NCBI RefSeq assembly: GCF_963921235.1
Contig: NC_086097.1
Span: forward strand, 232,502,001-232,566,000
From: Mobula hypostoma
Lineage: Eukaryota
Direction of reading: 5' to 3'
Length of the DNA stretch: 64,000 nucleotides
Positions within the stretch are counted from its first letter, which is position 1, and every line of letters starts with the position of its first letter. Shown here one piece after another: positions 59,767-64,000 of the stretch. The position numbers and the translations under genes are program-made. Under the pieces are notes generated by a model. The model searched no databases. It was not told the DNA's origin and worked only from the letters and a program-made list of their open reading frames with translations.

Positions 59767-62680
59767 TCTTTTTTTTTGTAATTTATTTTTTATTGAAGTT
59801 CATCATCAAACATACATTTCCATAAGAAGTCAGGAACAGGAAGGGAGCAGTCACTCTATTGGGGGTATTCTATAGGCCCCCTGGTAGCAGCAGAGATACA
59901 GAGGAGCAGATTGGGAGGCAGATTTTGGAAAGGTGCAAAAATAACAGGGTTGTTATCATGGGTGACTTTAACTTCCCTAATATTGATTGGCACCTGATTA
60001 GTTCCAAGGGTTTAGATGGGGCAGAATTTGTTAAGTGTGTCCAGGACAGATTCCTGTCACAGTATGTGGACAGGCTGACCAGGGGGAATGCCATACTAGA
60101 TCTAGTACTAGGTAATGAACTGGGTCAGGTCAGAGATTTCTCAGTGGGTGAGCATCTGGGGGACAGTGACCACTGCTCCCTGGCCTTTAGCATTATCATG
60201 GAAAAGGATAGAATCAGAGAGGACAGGAAAATTTTTAATTGGGGAAAGGCAAATTATGAGGCTATAAGGGTAGAACTTGTGGGTGTGAATTGGGATGATG
60301 TTTTTGCAGGGAAATGTACTATGGATATGTGGTCGATTGCAGGACGTAAGGGATAAATTTGTCCCGGTGAGGAAGATAAAGAATGGTAGGGTGAAGGAAC
60401 CATGGGTGACAAGTGAGGTGGAAAATTTAGTCAGGTGGAAGAAGGCAGCATACATGAGGTTTAGGAAGCAAGGATCAGATGGGTCTATTGAGGAATATAG
60501 GGAAGCAAGAAAGGAGCTTAAGAAGGGGCTGAGAAGAGCAAGAAGGGGGCATGAGAAGGCCTTGGCGAGAAAGGTAAAGGAAAACCCCAAGGCGTTCTTC
60601 AATTATGTGAAGAAAAAAAGGATGACAGGAATGAAGGTAGGACCGAATAGAGGTAAAGGTGGGAAGATGTGCCTGGAGGCTGTGGAAGTGAGCGAGGTCC
60701 TCAATGAATACTTCTCTTCGGTATTCACCAATGAGAGGGAACTTGATGATGGTGGGGACAATATGAGTGAGGTTGATGTTCTGGAGCATGTTGATATTAA
60801 GGGAGAGGAGGTGTTGGAGATGTTAAAATACATTAGGACGGATAAGTCCATGGGGCCTGATGGAGTATTCCCCAGGCTGCTCCACGAGGCGAGGGAAGAG
60901 ATTGCTGAGCCTCTGGCTAGGATCTTTATGTCCTCATTGTCCATGGGAATGGTAACGGAGGATTGGAGGGAGGCGAATGTTGTCCCCTTGTTCAAAAAAG
61001 GTAGTAAGGATAGTCCGGGTAATTATAGACCAGTGAGCCTTACGTCTGTGGTGGGAAAGCTGTTGGAAAAGATTCTTAGAGATAGGATCTCTGGGCATCT
61101 AGAGAATCATGGTCTGATCAGGGACAGTCAGCATGGCTTTGTGAAGGGCAGATCATGTGTAATGAGCCTGATTCAGTTCTTTGAGGAGGTGACCAGGTAT
61201 ATAGATGCGGGTAGTGCAGTGGATGTGATCGATATGGATTTTAGTAAGGTATTTGACAGGGTTCCACACGGTAGGCTTATTCAGAAAGTCAGAAGGCATG
61301 GGATCCAGGGAAGTTTGGCCAGGTGGATTCAGAATTGGCTTGCCTGCAGAAGGCAGAGGGTCGTGGTGGAGGGAGTACATTCAGATTGGAGGATTGTGAC
61401 TAGTGGTGTCCCACAAGGATCTGTTCTGGGACCTCTACTTTTCGTTATTTTTAATAACGACCTGGATGTGGAGGTAGAAGGGTGGGTTGGCAAGTTTGCA
61501 GATGACACAAAGGTTGGTGGTGTTGTAGACAGTGTAGAGGATTGCCAAAGATTGCAGAGAGACATTGATAGGATGCAGAAGTGGGCTGAGAAGTGGCAGA
61601 TGGAGTTCAACCCGGAGAAGTGTGAGGTGGTACACTTTGGAAGGACAAACTCCAAGGCAGAGTACAAAGCAAATGGCAGGATACTTGGTAGTGTGGAGGA
61701 GCAGAGGGATCCGGGGGTACATGTCCACAGATCCCTGAAAGTTGCCTCACAGGTGAATAGGGTAGTTAAGAAAGCTTATGGGATGTTAGCTTTCATAAGT
61801 CAAGGGATAGAGTTTAAGAGTCGCGATGTAATGATGCAGCTCTATAAAACCCTGGTTAGGCCACACTTGGAGTACTGTGTCCAGTTCTGGTCGCCTCACT
61901 ATAGAAAGGATGTGGAAGCATTGGAAAGGGTACAGAGGAGATTTACCAGGATGCTGCCTGGTTTAGAGAGTATGCATTATGATCAGAGATTAAGGGAGTT
62001 AGGGCTTTACTCTTTGGAGAGAAGGAGGATGAGTGGAGACATGATAGAGGTGTACAAGATAATAAGAGGAATAGATAGAGTGGATAGCCAGCGCCTCTTC
62101 CCCAGGGCACCACTGCTCAATACAAGAGGACATGGCTTTAAGGTAAGGGGTGGGAAGTTCAAGGGGGATATTAGAGGAAGGTTTTTTACTCAGAGAGTGG
62201 TTGGTGTGTGGAATGCACTGCCTGAGTCAGTGGTGGAGGCAGATACACTAGTGAAGTTTTAAGAGACTACTAGACAGGTGTATGGAGGAATCTAAGGTGG
62301 GGGCTTATATGGGAGGCAGGGTTTGAGGGTCGGCACAACATTGTGGGCCGAAGGGCCTGTACTGTGCTGAACTATTCTATTCTATATTCTATGTATTTCA
62401 GATACTGTACATATACATCATATAGTCATATTTGTCACAAATTTCCACATAATATTTATCTGAGGATAAATATTACAGAAACTAGATAAATATTATATCA
62501 CTTATAGAAAGGACAGGAAAGAAAGAAAGAACAATCAAAAGAAGAAAACTATGTACAAAGTAGGGAGTGATCTTTTTTCTACACCATATTCATTGACTTG
62601 TGAGAATAAAATCAGGCCTATGAGGTGTTATGTAGTTAAACCATTTTTCCCAGTATGAATCAAATAGTTCCAACTTAATA
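59767..62680 (-). mobile_element. L1-clade 3' fragment split by the CR1 at 59827-62392
   Basis: Minus strand KLELFDSYWEKWFNYITPHRPDFILTSQ* at about 62590-62677; AATAAA and poly(A) appear as a T-run at 59767-59795. Confidence 0.7.
59827..62392 (+). mobile_element. Relatively young CR1 LINE with a 655-aa open RT segment
   Basis: ORFs 59859-60356 (APE: GDFNFP, SDH) and 60295-62262 (RT: FADD); (TATTC)n tail. Confidence 0.95.
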
Positions 62681-62869
62681 ATTTCCAGTTACTTCCATTC
62701 CTGTGAAGATTTTCCTATTGTGTAAGTTTAAACTCAATGGCAATTACTAATCCATAGGGTGTAGGGACTACAAGTCTTATTAGGCCTGAATTTGTAGTTG
62801 TAATGAGGGGAAACAGCTGTCAATACACTGTAAAGATGATGATTCACTTGGCCACTGCATTAGCACAAT

Positions 62870-63003
62870 TCAAAGGAGAAATTTAAATCTTGTGGCAGTG
62901 ATAGATTGCTCTTTCATGGATTGCATTGTTACATTATATTCTATTCTCCTGACTTCATCACAGTTTACCAAGGTACTTCTACTGCTGAACAACCTCTCTG
63001 ATC
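62870..63003 (-). CDS. Possible terminal exon of a minus-strand gene entering from the right
   Basis: ttggttttgcag| acceptor; the phase-1 frame reads SERLFSSRSTLVNCDEVRRIEYNVTMQSMKEQSITATRFKFLL*; no recognisable homology. Confidence 0.25.
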
Positions 63004-63412
63004 CTGCAAAACCAATTGATATGCATAGATTGTCATCTTCTGAGGCATAGTAAAAAATTAATTTTGTTTTCAAGATTTTCAAGTCAATGATTATATTTCG
63101 GTGTTAAGCCTTAACTGCATGCACACCTCTCAGTTTTATATAAAATACTTAAATTGGCTTGTCATACAGATTTATAGCCTCGCTGTTGCTGGATTCCAGG
63201 GCTTCCAAATGAGTTCTCCAGAATGGGGGAAATTCACACAACAGAAAATACTAAATATTTGTTGTCAGTTGTCTTCAAGGTCAATTCCAAGTGACATCTC
63301 CTTGTTGCTGACCGGATTCATTTTTCAATCCATTTTACACAAAGAGAACACTCTAGTCCTGCACATTGTGAGTGGTTCAAAATGCATGAATCACATTTCT
63401 TGGCCAGATATA

Positions 63413-63668
63413 CAGTGCCTTGTATTCAGCCCCCAACCCCTTTGTTCACATAAGTGAGTATTACAAACAGGGGTTTTGATCAATTTAACTGAGAATTTTT
63501 ATTTGTGAATCACATGCTCCTTTTTTTACAATAAAGGCAAAAAGCCGTAAAAATGATAAAGCATGAAAAGCTAAAAATTCAAAAACTGAGATGTCAGCAA
63601 TTCAAAAGTATTCATCCTCTTTTGCTCAGTTGAACCTTTCACAGCTATCACAGCCAGTAGTCTTTTTG
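63413..63668 (+). mobile_element. Tc1-like IR/DR-type terminal fragment
   Basis: TA|CAGTGCCTTG..TATTCAGCCCC start; inner repeat AAAAGTATTCATCC near 63604. Confidence 0.65.
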
Positions 63669-64000
63669 TATTATAATAATAACTTTATTTACATTGCACC
63701 TTACATACATTAAGATGAGAGCTCAAAGTGCTTTACATAAATTGTAAAGATAAATCAATAGGAATAAAATATGAGACATTAAAAATCATAATACAAACAT
63801 TATATAGAATAAAATGTATTCAAATATAACACATAATTAATATCAATAGGCAATAAGTAATCCTATAAGCAGACCAAATTAAAAAAATAGGTTTTCCATA
63901 GAACTAGCCAGGCTTATCTCAGCCAGTAAAATTTTCCAGATTTTTATAGAACATAGAAAAGTACAGCACAGTACAGGCCCTTCGGCCCACATTGTTGTGC

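Noticed and set aside
60295..62262. 655-aa ORF as a host gene or active LINE
   Set aside because: It is CR1 ORF2, 5'-truncated, with a frameshift/deletion near 60335 and a frameshift near the C-terminus.

Overview
Vertebrate genomic DNA. The repeat landscape (CR1, Rex1/Babar, Penelope with hammerhead-type termini, tRNA-derived SINEs) suggests a cartilaginous fish, which is an inference. Most of the window is decayed transposable elements. The main result is a five-exon + strand gene hidden among the repeats and not recovered as a unit by the ORF track (CDS exons 26675-26690, 39162-39266, 43818-43962, 49948-50065, 51217-51357). All splice sites are GT-AG and the phases chain 1-1-2-0 into 525 nt. 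It encodes a 174-aa protein with a signal peptide, a polybasic furin-type site and the His...His...NC motif order of circularly permuted papain-like (NlpC/P60: LRAT/PLAAT/PPPDE-type) enzymes, i.e. a candidate secreted thiol enzyme. Also present: three small exons of a divergent minus-strand gene (2153-2578), a decayed Sola2-type transposon with a 5' UTR intron, a Harbinger deletion derivative, a Tigger-like element containing nested LINEs, a recurring composite element bounded by Tc1-like micro-hairpins, Penelope-associated minimal hammerhead ribozyme motifs and a 45-bp minisatellite. No database searches were possible; all calls come from reading the sequence.
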